The position numbers were made by a program, and so were the translations under genes. 42,418 nt of DNA from a virus. The DNA is taken from positions 1 through 42,418 of the IMG/VR virus record IMGVR_UViG_3300026026_000070; one strand, written 5' to 3'. Positions 1 through 9,355 of this stretch are shown piece by piece. How positions within the stretch are numbered: the first letter of the stretch is position 1; every line of letters begins with the position of its first letter. Below the pieces are notes generated by a model. That model was not told the DNA's origin, ran no database searches, and saw only the letters and a program-made list of their open reading frames with translations.

Positions 1-99
1 TTCCATCGCTATGATGGCTGCGAATTCAGCAAGTTGTCTTTGCAGGTGTCCAACAATCAGCTTGTGGCTGCCAATTTCGAGGGCTTGTGCCGTGACGTC
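1..99. repeat. Terminal direct repeat, identical to 42320..42418 (circular-assembly overlap)
   Basis: Base-by-base comparison of the first 99 nt with the last 99 nt shows identity. The reading frame of the tail tube gene is continuous across the junction. Confidence 0.95.
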
Positions 100-573
100 G
101 TTCGCGACGATGCGATTGTCACAGGTGCGACGTATGCGGCAGCCTCGACCAATCAGCCGCTTGCTTTCAAGGATGCGGCGTTTACTGTCGGAGGATCTTC
201 GATCGGCATCGTGACTTCTTTGCAGCTGGCAATTGATCGCCAATTGCAGGCGCGCTACGTGGCCAATTCGGCCGTAACGTTGCAGCCGGATTCACGCATC
301 ATCAAAACGAGTGGCACGCTGGAAGTGTGGCTTGACACAGGTGCGGGTGCCTTGATCGATGCTTTCCTTGCCGAAACAGAGAAGGCACTTGGTGTCACCT
401 TCACCGATCCTGCGGGCAATGTTCTTGTCTTCGCAGTACCTTCACTCAAATTTGTGGGCGGTATGCCTGATGTGAAAGGCGATACGTCCATTCCCGTGTC
501 GCTGGCCTTCGAGGCTTACTACAACTCTGTAGCAGCTGCGCAGCTCACGCTGACACGCACACCACACGTGTAG
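1..573 (+). CDS. Major tail tube protein, C-terminal part (continues from 41963..42418 across the circular junction)
   Basis: Frame 1 is open from base 1 (FHRYDGCEFSKLSLQV...) and this text also ends the partial ORF at the window end. It sits directly upstream of the tail chaperone pair and tape measure. Confidence 0.85.
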   Translation, partial: FHRYDGCEFSKLSLQVSNNQLVAANFEGLCRDVVRDDAIVTGATYAAASTNQPLAFKDAAFTVGGSSIGIVTSLQLAIDRQLQARYVANSAVTLQPDSRIIKTSGTLEVWLDTGAGALIDAFLAETEKALGVTFTDPAGNVLVFAVPSLKFVGGMPDVKGDTSIPVSLAFEAYYNSVAAAQLTLTRTPHV

Positions 574-605
574 ACTGTTCTTTCACTGCAAAGGAGTCAG
601 CTACT

Positions 606-1079
606 ATGAAGCCACAAGATCTCTATACGCGCAAGCAAGCCAACGATGGCATTATTGTGCCATTGCTCGACAAGCAAGGCAATCCACTCGCAGATGAATG
701 GATTCTTGTGCGTGGTGTTGACTCCGACGCTTATCGGGCCGCGCATGATGGATTCAATCGCACTATGGTTAGGCTCGCAGGTGTCGTGCGTGACAAAGGA
801 TCTGCGGCAGTCTTGACTGCTGAAACAGCAGCTGAGAAAGAAGCCGCTTCACTTGCAGAGCGTGTCGCACTTGTGGCTGATTGGAGCTTGGAAGCTCCTT
901 GTACGCCAGAAGCTGCTGCCGAATTACTGCGAGAAGCGCCTTATGTGGGCGATCAAGTCTACGCAGCAGCACACGATCGTGATCGTTTTTTCGGCAGCAG
1001 CTCGGCGACTTCTACCGCTGGGCCGAATACAAGTTCAGTCTTGGAAAGCCCGCAACAGCAGGGGCAGCACACACGCTAG
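606..1079 (+). CDS. Tail assembly chaperone (G-like, zero-frame product)
   Basis: 157-aa ORF between the tube and tape measure genes. SD AAAGGAG lies upstream of the ATG. A slippery heptamer sits near its 3' end. Confidence 0.85.
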   Translation: MKPQDLYTRKQANDGIIVPLLDKQGNPLADEWILVRGVDSDAYRAAHDGFNRTMVRLAGVVRDKGSAAVLTAETAAEKEAASLAERVALVADWSLEAPCTPEAAAELLREAPYVGDQVYAAAHDRDRFFGSSSATSTAGPNTSSVLESPQQQGQHTR

Positions 1080-1339
1080 CGGAGTCAGTCGAGGCATATC
1101 GTGCGCGCACGGGCAAGCTTCCGCCGGGTCATGCAGAAGCGCCCGTCGCACCATCAGAGCTGCTGTATCTGTGGACACTGTTCTGTGAGATTGCAACAGG
1201 CGAGGATCTCTCATTTGTCGAAATTGCTGCTTGGCTGCAACTCACAGGACATCACTTGGCAAGTTGGGAAGTTGAAGTATTGAGAGGACTCGATCGCTTA
1301 AGGAGAAAGGTAGCCGATGGCCAACAAAGCGCGCCTTGA
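606..1339 (+). CDS. Tail assembly chaperone -1 frameshift fusion product (G-T-like)
   Basis: Hand translation of the -1 frame from 992 gives RQQLGDFYRWAEYKFSLGK...ELLYLWTLFCEIATGEDLSFVEIAAWLQLTGHHLASWEVEVLRGLDRLRRKVADGQQSAP with no stop until 1337. This frame has no ATG, so it is missing from the ORF track. The position is the canonical one before the tape measure gene. Confidence 0.7.
986..992 (+). promoter_or_regulatory. -1 programmed ribosomal frameshift slippery heptamer T_TTT_TTC
   Basis: Zero-frame codons are CGT TTT TTC (R F F), which gives an X_XXY_YYZ heptamer. The -1 frame stays open from 992 to a TGA at 1337..1339. Confidence 0.75.
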
Positions 1340-3935
1340 AGTAGTCGTAACCAGCACTGGCGTTGTAAGCGCTGACAAGGATCTTAAGGCACTTACGGCT
1401 ACATCTAAGGAAACTGAAAAGCAAAACGAACGCTTAGCCGCTGCAGCCGAGAAGGCGGCCGATCGCCAGGCACGTGCTGCCGAACGCGTGGCAGAGAAGG
1501 CAACCGCGCAAGCAGAGAAGGCAATACAGGCTGCAGAGCGCGAAGCTTCTCGTAGAGAAACGGCGGCATCTAAGCGACAGCAAGCGCTTGACCGTCAGCT
1601 AGCTCGCGAGAATGAGCAATGGAATGACGCTGTCCAAAAAGCAATTGCTCGTGACGAGCGGCGTGTCCGTTCTGCCGAGAAGGCTGCCGCACGCGAAGCC
1701 GAAGTGTGGAACAATGCCATACAGCGAGCAAAGGCAGGACTAGACGGAGTGCTGCCCATAAGGCCGTCACTGCAACGCATCGAAGCTCAGTTGAGCAAGT
1801 CTGCTACGCCGGCTATTGGCGGGCAAATAGCTGAAGGTGCACAATCTGGCGCAATGAACGCGCTAGGCATTGGCTTTGCTGCAGGAGGCGCCGCCGCTAT
1901 TGCAGCAAAAGCAATGGAGACACTGGCCGAGGGTGTCAAGCATGTAACATCGGCAGTTGTCGAGAATTTAGTAGAAGACAATAACATGATTGCACGCCTA
2001 GGCGGCGTGACAGACAGTGCTGAGCAAGCAGACGAAGCATTCTCAAATCTGCAAAAGTTAACGTTTGGCAAACTGCCAAGCACGCTGCAAGAGGTTTCTA
2101 ATGCGTTTGTGCAATTGGGTAACGTTGGGCTGTCTAACTCAAACGCAGCGTTGAAGTCGTATAGCAACATTGCCGCGCAAACCGGAGCTAGTCTAGCCAA
2201 TGTTACGAGTGCTGTGCAGTCGGCAACGCTGGGCAACTTCAAGGCACTGCGCGAATTCGGCGTTAAGGTGAAGGATGAAGGCGACGATCTCAAGATAACA
2301 TTTCGTGGGCAAACTGAGACTATTCGCAACAACGCAACTGAGATCGAGTCCTATTTGCTTAGTCTCGGCAACGTACAGTTTGCAGGTGCAGTTGAACGGC
2401 AAATGGACACTATTGGCGGCTCAATAAAGAAAACAGATGATGCCTGGGAAAGGCTTGTCAATGCCGTCGGTGACTCTCGTTTAGGCGCAGGAATTGAAGC
2501 TGTTGTCGGATCTTCAGTCACTATAATCGACGCTATGACTGCGGCAGTTGAAGCGCTATTTGGTAAGATTGAGAAGGGCCAACGTGAACTTGAATCGGCA
2601 AAACTTGCCCGTGCAGAGTCGGACAAGCTAGATGCTACAATGCGGTCATGGGCAGATCCCTCTGCAAGTCGCGCTGAAATCAAAGCGTTAGCGGATGAAT
2701 TGGAGCGCAATGCACAGTCTTCTTCAGACAAAGCACTTGCACACTTTGCGCGCAATGAAGCTCTGATTGCTAAGCTGCGATCGCTGGGCGAGGAACGCGT
2801 TGGCGATTTGACGATCGATCAAGCTGCAAAAGAAAATGAGCGTCAGTACCGCCGTGCGGCTGGCGAAACCAAAGCGCCAGACAAGCCTGTCGAATATCAC
2901 CTGCGCAACCCTGAACAAGACGCCGAAGATACCTATTTTGCTAAAGTGCGTGAGAATGAGTACCACGAGCTGACAGCTATCCGCGAAAGTTTGGCCGCAA
3001 AAGAAGATGCGGAACACGCGAGCTTTGTTAAGCGCCGCGAATTCTTAGCAGACTATCTAGGTCCTGACTCAGAAGAGTTGTGGCAACGCAACGAAGATCT
3101 ATATGCGAAGCACATTGACGCTCTAGCCGAGAAAGGCGCTAAGGAGCAACTGGCGCTACAGAAGCGACTTCGCAGCATTGGCGTAGGTCCTCAGTTCCAA
3201 CTGCAGTCTGTGGATACTAAGTATGCAGGTCAACGCTTTGAGCTCGACGATGCTCTCAGTGAGAATCTCAGTGGCAAGAAAGGCGAGGTTCTTCGACTTC
3301 AAGCCGAGAAAACCTACAAAGAAAAGTCGATTGCAATTGAGCGCGCACGCGCAGAAGAAATTAAGAAGATCAACACAGAGCTAGCAGCACAATCATTGCA
3401 AAACGCCGAGTTGATGTTTGGCGGACTAGCTGCTGTAATGAAGAACGCGCATGGTGAGCAAAGCAAGGAATACGCGGTGATGTTCTCTGTTCAACGTGGC
3501 TTTGCAATTGCTAGCGCTGGACTAGCTATGTACCAGTCAATGGCCGAAGCGACAAAGGCAGGCTGGCCGGCAAGCATACCATTGTATATCAAAGCTGCAG
3601 CGCAAGGCGCGCAGCTCATAGGGCAGCTAACATCGCAGTCCTACAGTGGTGGCTACGATTCAGGCGGGAACATTGCCGGAGGCTCTTATGGCGACGTAGG
3701 GGAGCGTGGCAATCTCGAATTGGTTAGCCGCCCAACGCGCGTGAATGGTCCAGCAACAGTGATCGGAAGCCGCGACACTGCTGCTTTGCTTGGCGGTGGA
3801 CGTTCGCTCCGCATTGTCAATGCCTTTGAGGGAGGCGAAGCTATACGTGGTTTCCTGGGCTCGACTGCAGGCGAACAGGTGATCGTAAACGTAATTCGAC
3901 GCAATAGCGCCGTAATTCAGTCATTGCTACAGTAG
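1317..3935 (+). CDS. Tail tape measure protein
   Basis: 872 aa, immediately after the chaperone pair, with SD AAGGAG upstream. It has a coiled-coil A/E/R-rich N-terminus, a Gly/Ala hydrophobic core and a lambda-type C-terminus (GGYDSGGNIAGGSYGDVGERG). Confidence 0.9.
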   Translation: MANKARLEVVVTSTGVVSADKDLKALTATSKETEKQNERLAAAAEKAADRQARAAERVAEKATAQAEKAIQAAEREASRRETAASKRQQALDRQLARENEQWNDAVQKAIARDERRVRSAEKAAAREAEVWNNAIQRAKAGLDGVLPIRPSLQRIEAQLSKSATPAIGGQIAEGAQSGAMNALGIGFAAGGAAAIAAKAMETLAEGVKHVTSAVVENLVEDNNMIARLGGVTDSAEQADEAFSNLQKLTFGKLPSTLQEVSNAFVQLGNVGLSNSNAALKSYSNIAAQTGASLANVTSAVQSATLGNFKALREFGVKVKDEGDDLKITFRGQTETIRNNATEIESYLLSLGNVQFAGAVERQMDTIGGSIKKTDDAWERLVNAVGDSRLGAGIEAVVGSSVTIIDAMTAAVEALFGKIEKGQRELESAKLARAESDKLDATMRSWADPSASRAEIKALADELERNAQSSSDKALAHFARNEALIAKLRSLGEERVGDLTIDQAAKENERQYRRAAGETKAPDKPVEYHLRNPEQDAEDTYFAKVRENEYHELTAIRESLAAKEDAEHASFVKRREFLADYLGPDSEELWQRNEDLYAKHIDALAEKGAKEQLALQKRLRSIGVGPQFQLQSVDTKYAGQRFELDDALSENLSGKKGEVLRLQAEKTYKEKSIAIERARAEEIKKINTELAAQSLQNAELMFGGLAAVMKNAHGEQSKEYAVMFSVQRGFAIASAGLAMYQSMAEATKAGWPASIPLYIKAAAQGAQLIGQLTSQSYSGGYDSGGNIAGGSYGDVGERGNLELVSRPTRVNGPATVIGSRDTAALLGGGRSLRIVNAFEGGEAIRGFLGSTAGEQVIVNVIRRNSAVIQSLLQ

Positions 3936-3942
3936 TGACCAC

Positions 3943-5097
3943 ATGGAAGTCTGGCAATATCCACCGCAGAACAACGTCATTGAAAGCCTAGAATGGCTTA
4001 CCGACATCATTCACTGTCGCAATGGCGAGTTTCGCGCATGTACACGCCGCTTTCCTCGACAAGAGTTTTCGTTTCAGCATCAATTCGACGAAGGCACCTA
4101 TGGACTTGCTCGTGAAAAACGTCGCATTGTAGGCGGTTCACAGCTCTACGTACCTGATTGGCCGCGCATGGCCACGATTCCCGCCGTCAACGCGGGCACG
4201 GTAACCTTGCCCGTGGATACTGCGCACGCTTCGTCTTTCAAAGTTGGCGGTGCTGTGCTCGTAATCGAAAGCACAACGTTGTACGAAGTACACACAGTAA
4301 GCGATATCGGCGATGGTACAATCACAGTTAGTGCTTTGACCCATAGCTACAGCCGACCCTTAGTGGTTCCTTTGCGTGTCGGAACGTTTGTGCAACCATT
4401 AGCGGGTACAAGGTACGCAAGCCACTATGTCACTGCACACGCATTGTTCAAGATTACTGCAACAGAAGATATGATCGATGCGACTGCAACTGTGCTGCCT
4501 ACTTATCTCAACTGGCCAGTGATTTTGTCAGCTCGCGAATTGATCAATAGCAGTGAGGATAGCGTTGATCGCGTAGTTGAGACATTAGATTCAGCTACGG
4601 GTGGACTAGCAAATTATTCGTTGTATTCCTATGCACAGACAAGCATGAGTGTAGCATTGACGGCGCAGACTTCTCAGCAAGCTATTGATTTGCGATCGTT
4701 GTTGGCCACGCTGTGCGGAAGGTGGAAAGCGTTTTGGCTTCCGAGCAATAACGCCGACTTTACACTGACGAAAGACATTGCCGACGGTGAGGATTTTGTG
4801 CAGGTTGCTGCTGTTGGCTTTGCAGCAAGCTACGGGCTTGGAACTGACATAGGCATATTGACTAAAGTGGGAGGCATCATTGGCTTACGCATTACGAGCG
4901 TAACCACTGAGATCCCAGGAAACGAGCGATTGCACTTCACAAGCGGTGCGTTTGCTGGTAACTTGGCTATCTCACTTGTGGACAAGGTATGCACGCTAAC
5001 GCCGTCTCGCCTAGATGCTGATCGCATTGAATTGCAGTATAAGCCTGGACTTGTCTTGACTGTTGTAGTGCCCACACAAGAGGTACTTGCACCATGA
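3943..5097 (+). CDS. Distal tail protein (DUF2460 / GTA g12-like, by position)
   Basis: 384-aa ORF that begins 8 nt after the tape measure stop. The following genes have a GTA-like order. The family name is recalled from memory, not searched. Confidence 0.6.
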   Translation: MEVWQYPPQNNVIESLEWLTDIIHCRNGEFRACTRRFPRQEFSFQHQFDEGTYGLAREKRRIVGGSQLYVPDWPRMATIPAVNAGTVTLPVDTAHASSFKVGGAVLVIESTTLYEVHTVSDIGDGTITVSALTHSYSRPLVVPLRVGTFVQPLAGTRYASHYVTAHALFKITATEDMIDATATVLPTYLNWPVILSARELINSSEDSVDRVVETLDSATGGLANYSLYSYAQTSMSVALTAQTSQQAIDLRSLLATLCGRWKAFWLPSNNADFTLTKDIADGEDFVQVAAVGFAASYGLGTDIGILTKVGGIIGLRITSVTTEIPGNERLHFTSGAFAGNLAISLVDKVCTLTPSRLDADRIELQYKPGLVLTVVVPTQEVLAP

Positions 5098-5912
5098 GCT
5101 ATGCGAGCAAAGAATTGTCAGTCCAGGATTCAATGCCTGTATGGCTTGTGCGCTTTGTACAAGGTGCAGTTACGTATCAGTACAATACCAGCAACGAATC
5201 GTTGACGCGACTGGCTTCACTGTGGAATCCCGCTGTGCTTGTTCTAGGCGATATCGAGATCACGGGCGAAATTCCAAAGAGCACGCTTGCCCTAAAGTTG
5301 CCTTATGACAATCCGCTAGCCGCAACGTTCATTGGCTACTCACCCGATGTAATCACGACAGTAACTGTATGGCGAACGCACGCAGACGATACGGATGTGC
5401 GTGTGCTTTGGAAGGGTCGCGTATTGAGTGCACCTGTTGATGGTCACATAGTTACGCTTAATTGTGAGCCTGTGTTTTCATCGCTAAAACGTCGCGGATT
5501 GCGTCGAGTGTACCAGCGAACATGCTCTTTTGCGTTTTTCGAGCGAGGCTGCAATGTGGATCCTGATGACTACAAGCACACGCTTACTGTGACAGCTGTC
5601 AATGGCGCAGTTGTCACAGTGACGGGGGCGAGTGCTTACGATTTGGCAAGAGGAACGTTGCAAGCACCTGACGGGACGATTCGTATGATTGTCAAGCAAG
5701 CGTTGAATGTGCTAACGCTCATGCGTCCGATTCAGTCACTTGCACTTGAAATGGCCGCACATCCTGGCGGCTTTGCTGTCGATTTGTTTGAAGGATGCCA
5801 GCATACTCGTTCTGCGTGCACAGCCAAGGGTAACCTTGGAAACTATGGCGGCGAAGAGCGCATTCCTGCCACTAATCCTATGGCCAATCCAATTGCTATG
5901 AGGCGCGCATAA
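5094..5912 (+). CDS. Tail hub protein (DUF2163 / BR0599-like)
   Basis: It starts in an ATGA overlap with the upstream gene. The C-terminal Cys motif (FFERGCN...FEGCQHTRSACTAKGNLGNYGGEERIP) resembles the BR0599 C-terminal domain of GTA g13-type proteins. Confidence 0.6.
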   Translation: MSYASKELSVQDSMPVWLVRFVQGAVTYQYNTSNESLTRLASLWNPAVLVLGDIEITGEIPKSTLALKLPYDNPLAATFIGYSPDVITTVTVWRTHADDTDVRVLWKGRVLSAPVDGHIVTLNCEPVFSSLKRRGLRRVYQRTCSFAFFERGCNVDPDDYKHTLTVTAVNGAVVTVTGASAYDLARGTLQAPDGTIRMIVKQALNVLTLMRPIQSLALEMAAHPGGFAVDLFEGCQHTRSACTAKGNLGNYGGEERIPATNPMANPIAMRRA

Positions 5913-8900
5913 TGCTTCAATACGCACTGCTTGCTATTGCCGTCGCGGCCGCAGGTTATCAGTTTTACAAGATGGTAACCGCTCCATTTCCATATTCTGC
6001 GCAGGAATGGGGCGATTGTCCCAAAGCAGAGGAAGGGCTTCCGATTCCTGTAGTCTTTGGAACGGTCATGATCGCGTCGCCAAATATCACTGGATTTTCG
6101 GATCAATCAGACGAGCCCGATACGCAGTTTGATCCGCCTTCAATTCATTACTACGCCGCCGTACAGTTCTCGCTTTGTCATGGTTGCATTGACAAGCTAG
6201 TGAGCGTATCGGTAGGTGGCACTGAGATTTGGCGCGGACCTCACGAAGACGGCGCTAGCGTGTTTGATCCTTTGACGCAGTTTTACTTGAGTGCTGAGTG
6301 GTACTCTCCTAGTGATGGTGATGGCGTACAAGGTCAGTTCGTGCTCGAACGTGGCTACCTGCGCACGACTACCGACGACGGGACAATTGCAGATTTGGCG
6401 GACTCCTACCTACTTTCAAAGATCGGCGGCTCAAAGGTTCCAAAGAGTCATGGTGTGGCGACGCTCAAGCCGTGGACCCCTTGGTATTTAGGCAATGCTC
6501 CGGCGCTCAAGCCATGGGCCTTTCGTGTGCAACGCATCTTTCGCACTGATGGCGGGCAGGCTGCGCAGTGGTATCCTGCGAAAGCTGCGATCGTGCTTGG
6601 CCGCAATCTTGAAGATAAGTGGAAGTGGAAGGTGCAGGCAACAGTTGATACAACTGACTACAGCGCCGTGGCCTACGATGATTCGGAGTGGGACGAAGGC
6701 CCGGGTGGTTTTGGCAATGAAGCCGTAGGCGCCTATGGCCAAGGTCGAGATCCGTCGTGGGCGTCACGCGTGCCCAAAGTTGGAACATGCATTGCTGACA
6801 ACAGTAATGCATGGTCGTGGAATGGACAGCAAAGCCCACCGCACGTAGTGGCTGGTACAAAGCTTTGGCTTCGCCAAGATCTCGGGCCTTTGCCCGATAT
6901 CGGTTTGTACGTGCGTTGCTATCATGACGATAGCGCTACGCTATGGTTCAATGGCACAGAAGTTGCACTCGCGCCTGTTGTCTCGAAGGATTTGCAATCT
7001 AATGTGTTCAATTCCATTGGCAGCATTGCCAGGAATTTGATTGTGCCCAATGGTCCGAATGTGATTGCATATCGAGTAAAGGACAGTGTTCCGACGGGTA
7101 CTCCGAAGTACATCTATGCAGGTGTATCGGTTGGCATCGATCCTACAAGCTACGCTGCCACGTGGGATATGAATTTTGCGCATATCATTCGCGAGATCTT
7201 GACGGACACAATTTGGGGCATGGGCTATGCGACTGCCGATATCAACGATACTTCGTTTACTGCTGCAGCGGACACTCTGTACAACGAAGCTCTTGGCGGA
7301 TCTATTCTATGGGATGCACAGTCTACGTATGAGGAGCTTTTACAGGCAATTCTTCGTCACATTGATGGTGTTTTGTATGTTGATCGGATTACCGGTCAAT
7401 GGACACTGAAACTTTTGCGTGACGACTACGATATCGACGATTTGCTTGTGCTTGACTACGACAATGTGGGTAGCGTGCAGAACGCTATTCGTAAAAGCAC
7501 TGCAGAATTGTGTAATGTTGTTACGGTCAAGTACAAGCGTGCTCCACTTGGCGACACCGCATCTGCTACATTCCACGATTACGGGCTTATGCAAGAGCAA
7601 GGCGGATGGGTTAGCGAGACAGTTGAGTTTCCGTTTTTGACCAATGCTCATTCGGCGAACCTTGTCGCCCAGCGTGCTCTCAAGGCGAAGTCCACACCCG
7701 TACAGACTTGCACACTTGAAAATTGTAGTCGCGAGGCTGCTGATCTCAATTGGGGAGACGCATTTGTGCTCAACTGGCCAGTGCTTGGCATCAATATGCA
7801 AGTTATGCGCGTATTGTCTATCAAGCTTGGCAATGGAACGTCAAGCTCCGTTACAATTGAGTGCGTAGAAGACGTGTTTTTTACGCCTACAGAGCCCCTT
7901 GTTATTCCAGGGGGAATTGCATGGCCGCCGCAAGTGCTAGGCCCGATGCCTGGCACGACTTCGCAAACTACCTACAAGACTGTGCGGAAGTACGATCCTT
8001 TGGATCGCGGCAGTGTTAAGTGCGTCTTTGCAACTCCTTCTGAGGGTGCTTTGTTTGACGGATGGACAGAGACTCCGGCGGGATCTGGCATCATGGTTCG
8101 CGACTACACAGGACCGTTAACTAGCGCTTTCTTTGACGGCGTTGACCCCGACACGAGTAACCACGCAGGTTCGGCTCTGGTTGGCTTGACGGTGCTCGCA
8201 GAAAAGGCAACTGACAACTATGATCGCGCTTTGTCTGGCCCTTATGTGGTGAAGGATATCGGTCAGTATTGGACTGAAGGACCTCCTGGGGTTTGGGTAC
8301 CAACATCGACGCATGCGACACTCACGCGCCACGCTGACTATGCTGTGGCATCTGCTTTTGTGCCGAGCATGACGTTCTATGTACTTGAAGGCAACGTATA
8401 CGCGCATGCGTATGCGACGCTAGCTAATCCGTGCACCGATCTAGGCAGTGACGATTTGCTTTGGTCCTATTCTGCTGGCGAGACATTCGACGATGGCGCG
8501 GAGTTGCTCACCGAGGCTGAAATCGCGCAGTCAAGCGTGAGCAACGAAGTCATTGACATCACTGTCACAATGGCCAGCGGCACAGCTGATTTTGACATCG
8601 CGTTTCTTTCACGAGTGCTCGGCGTAGCAAGCATTCCGGCTGGCCCGTGGACATTCATTGCTGAGGCCGCTTGGCTCACGACAGATGATCTTGATGCTAC
8701 AATTGCACTTGGCTGGAAAGTGTACAGACACAATGATAGTGGATCGGTTTTGCTTTTTGAAGCGCTTACTGCTGCAATTCACAATACCGTGCCTGAGCCT
8801 AAGCGAGTGCTCTACGATGCTGCTGCGTTTTCGATACGTGAAGACGAGTGGCTTGTATTGATACCTTGTCTTCACACAACATCGAGCAGCGCAGTGACGC

Positions 8901-9355
8901 TACACTTGCGCTACAATAGTCCATCACGAGGAACTGGCGTCACTATTCCAGTTGAAGCATACAAGAAAGACATCACTCGGCGAATTCTTGCAGGATCGCC
9001 AGTGCAGCCTACAACCTTTGTCGGCGGTGTGATCATTGTTCGTGATCTCGCTAAGCCTGTTACAGTAACAATTCCAGCAGGCTCGACAGTTGTTGGCATT
9101 GCAGCGCCTGTGCCTGCCGATGGATTCTTGATGCCGGTCACGATCTACGGCGCCACGAATGAATCACCTATCACACTTGCTCACATGAGCGCCGCATGCC
9201 CCAATTCTGCGAAGCCTGTCTATCTGTCGAGCGAGGCGGGCATGGGCGTAACGTTCCCAGGCGAAACATTTTATGCTACAAGGGCGCGTTTGCTCTTGTG
9301 CTACAACGCCACAGAAGGTAATTGGCAATTGATGCCAGGAGGATCACTAGCATGA
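5912..9355 (+). CDS. Central tail fibre / host-specificity protein (gpJ / GTA g15-like)
   Basis: 1147 aa, starting in a TAATG overlap. The N-terminal EEGLPIPVVFGT motif is typical of gpJ-like proteins. It is the largest gene in the distal tail module. Confidence 0.75.
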   Translation: MLQYALLAIAVAAAGYQFYKMVTAPFPYSAQEWGDCPKAEEGLPIPVVFGTVMIASPNITGFSDQSDEPDTQFDPPSIHYYAAVQFSLCHGCIDKLVSVSVGGTEIWRGPHEDGASVFDPLTQFYLSAEWYSPSDGDGVQGQFVLERGYLRTTTDDGTIADLADSYLLSKIGGSKVPKSHGVATLKPWTPWYLGNAPALKPWAFRVQRIFRTDGGQAAQWYPAKAAIVLGRNLEDKWKWKVQATVDTTDYSAVAYDDSEWDEGPGGFGNEAVGAYGQGRDPSWASRVPKVGTCIADNSNAWSWNGQQSPPHVVAGTKLWLRQDLGPLPDIGLYVRCYHDDSATLWFNGTEVALAPVVSKDLQSNVFNSIGSIARNLIVPNGPNVIAYRVKDSVPTGTPKYIYAGVSVGIDPTSYAATWDMNFAHIIREILTDTIWGMGYATADINDTSFTAAADTLYNEALGGSILWDAQSTYEELLQAILRHIDGVLYVDRITGQWTLKLLRDDYDIDDLLVLDYDNVGSVQNAIRKSTAELCNVVTVKYKRAPLGDTASATFHDYGLMQEQGGWVSETVEFPFLTNAHSANLVAQRALKAKSTPVQTCTLENCSREAADLNWGDAFVLNWPVLGINMQVMRVLSIKLGNGTSSSVTIECVEDVFFTPTEPLVIPGGIAWPPQVLGPMPGTTSQTTYKTVRKYDPLDRGSVKCVFATPSEGALFDGWTETPAGSGIMVRDYTGPLTSAFFDGVDPDTSNHAGSALVGLTVLAEKATDNYDRALSGPYVVKDIGQYWTEGPPGVWVPTSTHATLTRHADYAVASAFVPSMTFYVLEGNVYAHAYATLANPCTDLGSDDLLWSYSAGETFDDGAELLTEAEIAQSSVSNEVIDITVTMASGTADFDIAFLSRVLGVASIPAGPWTFIAEAAWLTTDDLDATIALGWKVYRHNDSGSVLLFEALTAAIHNTVPEPKRVLYDAAAFSIREDEWLVLIPCLHTTSSSAVTLHLRYNSPSRGTGVTIPVEAYKKDITRRILAGSPVQPTTFVGGVIIVRDLAKPVTVTIPAGSTVVGIAAPVPADGFLMPVTIYGATNESPITLAHMSAACPNSAKPVYLSSEAGMGVTFPGETFYATRARLLLCYNATEGNWQLMPGGSLA

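Noticed and set aside
853-1283. Track ORFs 853..1188 and 1101..1283, which overlap or follow the tail chaperone
   Set aside because: Neither is in the -1 frame reached from the T_TTT_TTC site. The real extension is the ATG-less frame 992..1339. These look like chance ORFs.
1570-3904. Multiple minus-strand ORFs inside the tape measure gene (for example 1787..2332 and 2351..2755)
   Set aside because: They are antisense shadow ORFs of a long Ala/Glu/Arg-rich gene. They have low-complexity translations and no RBS context.
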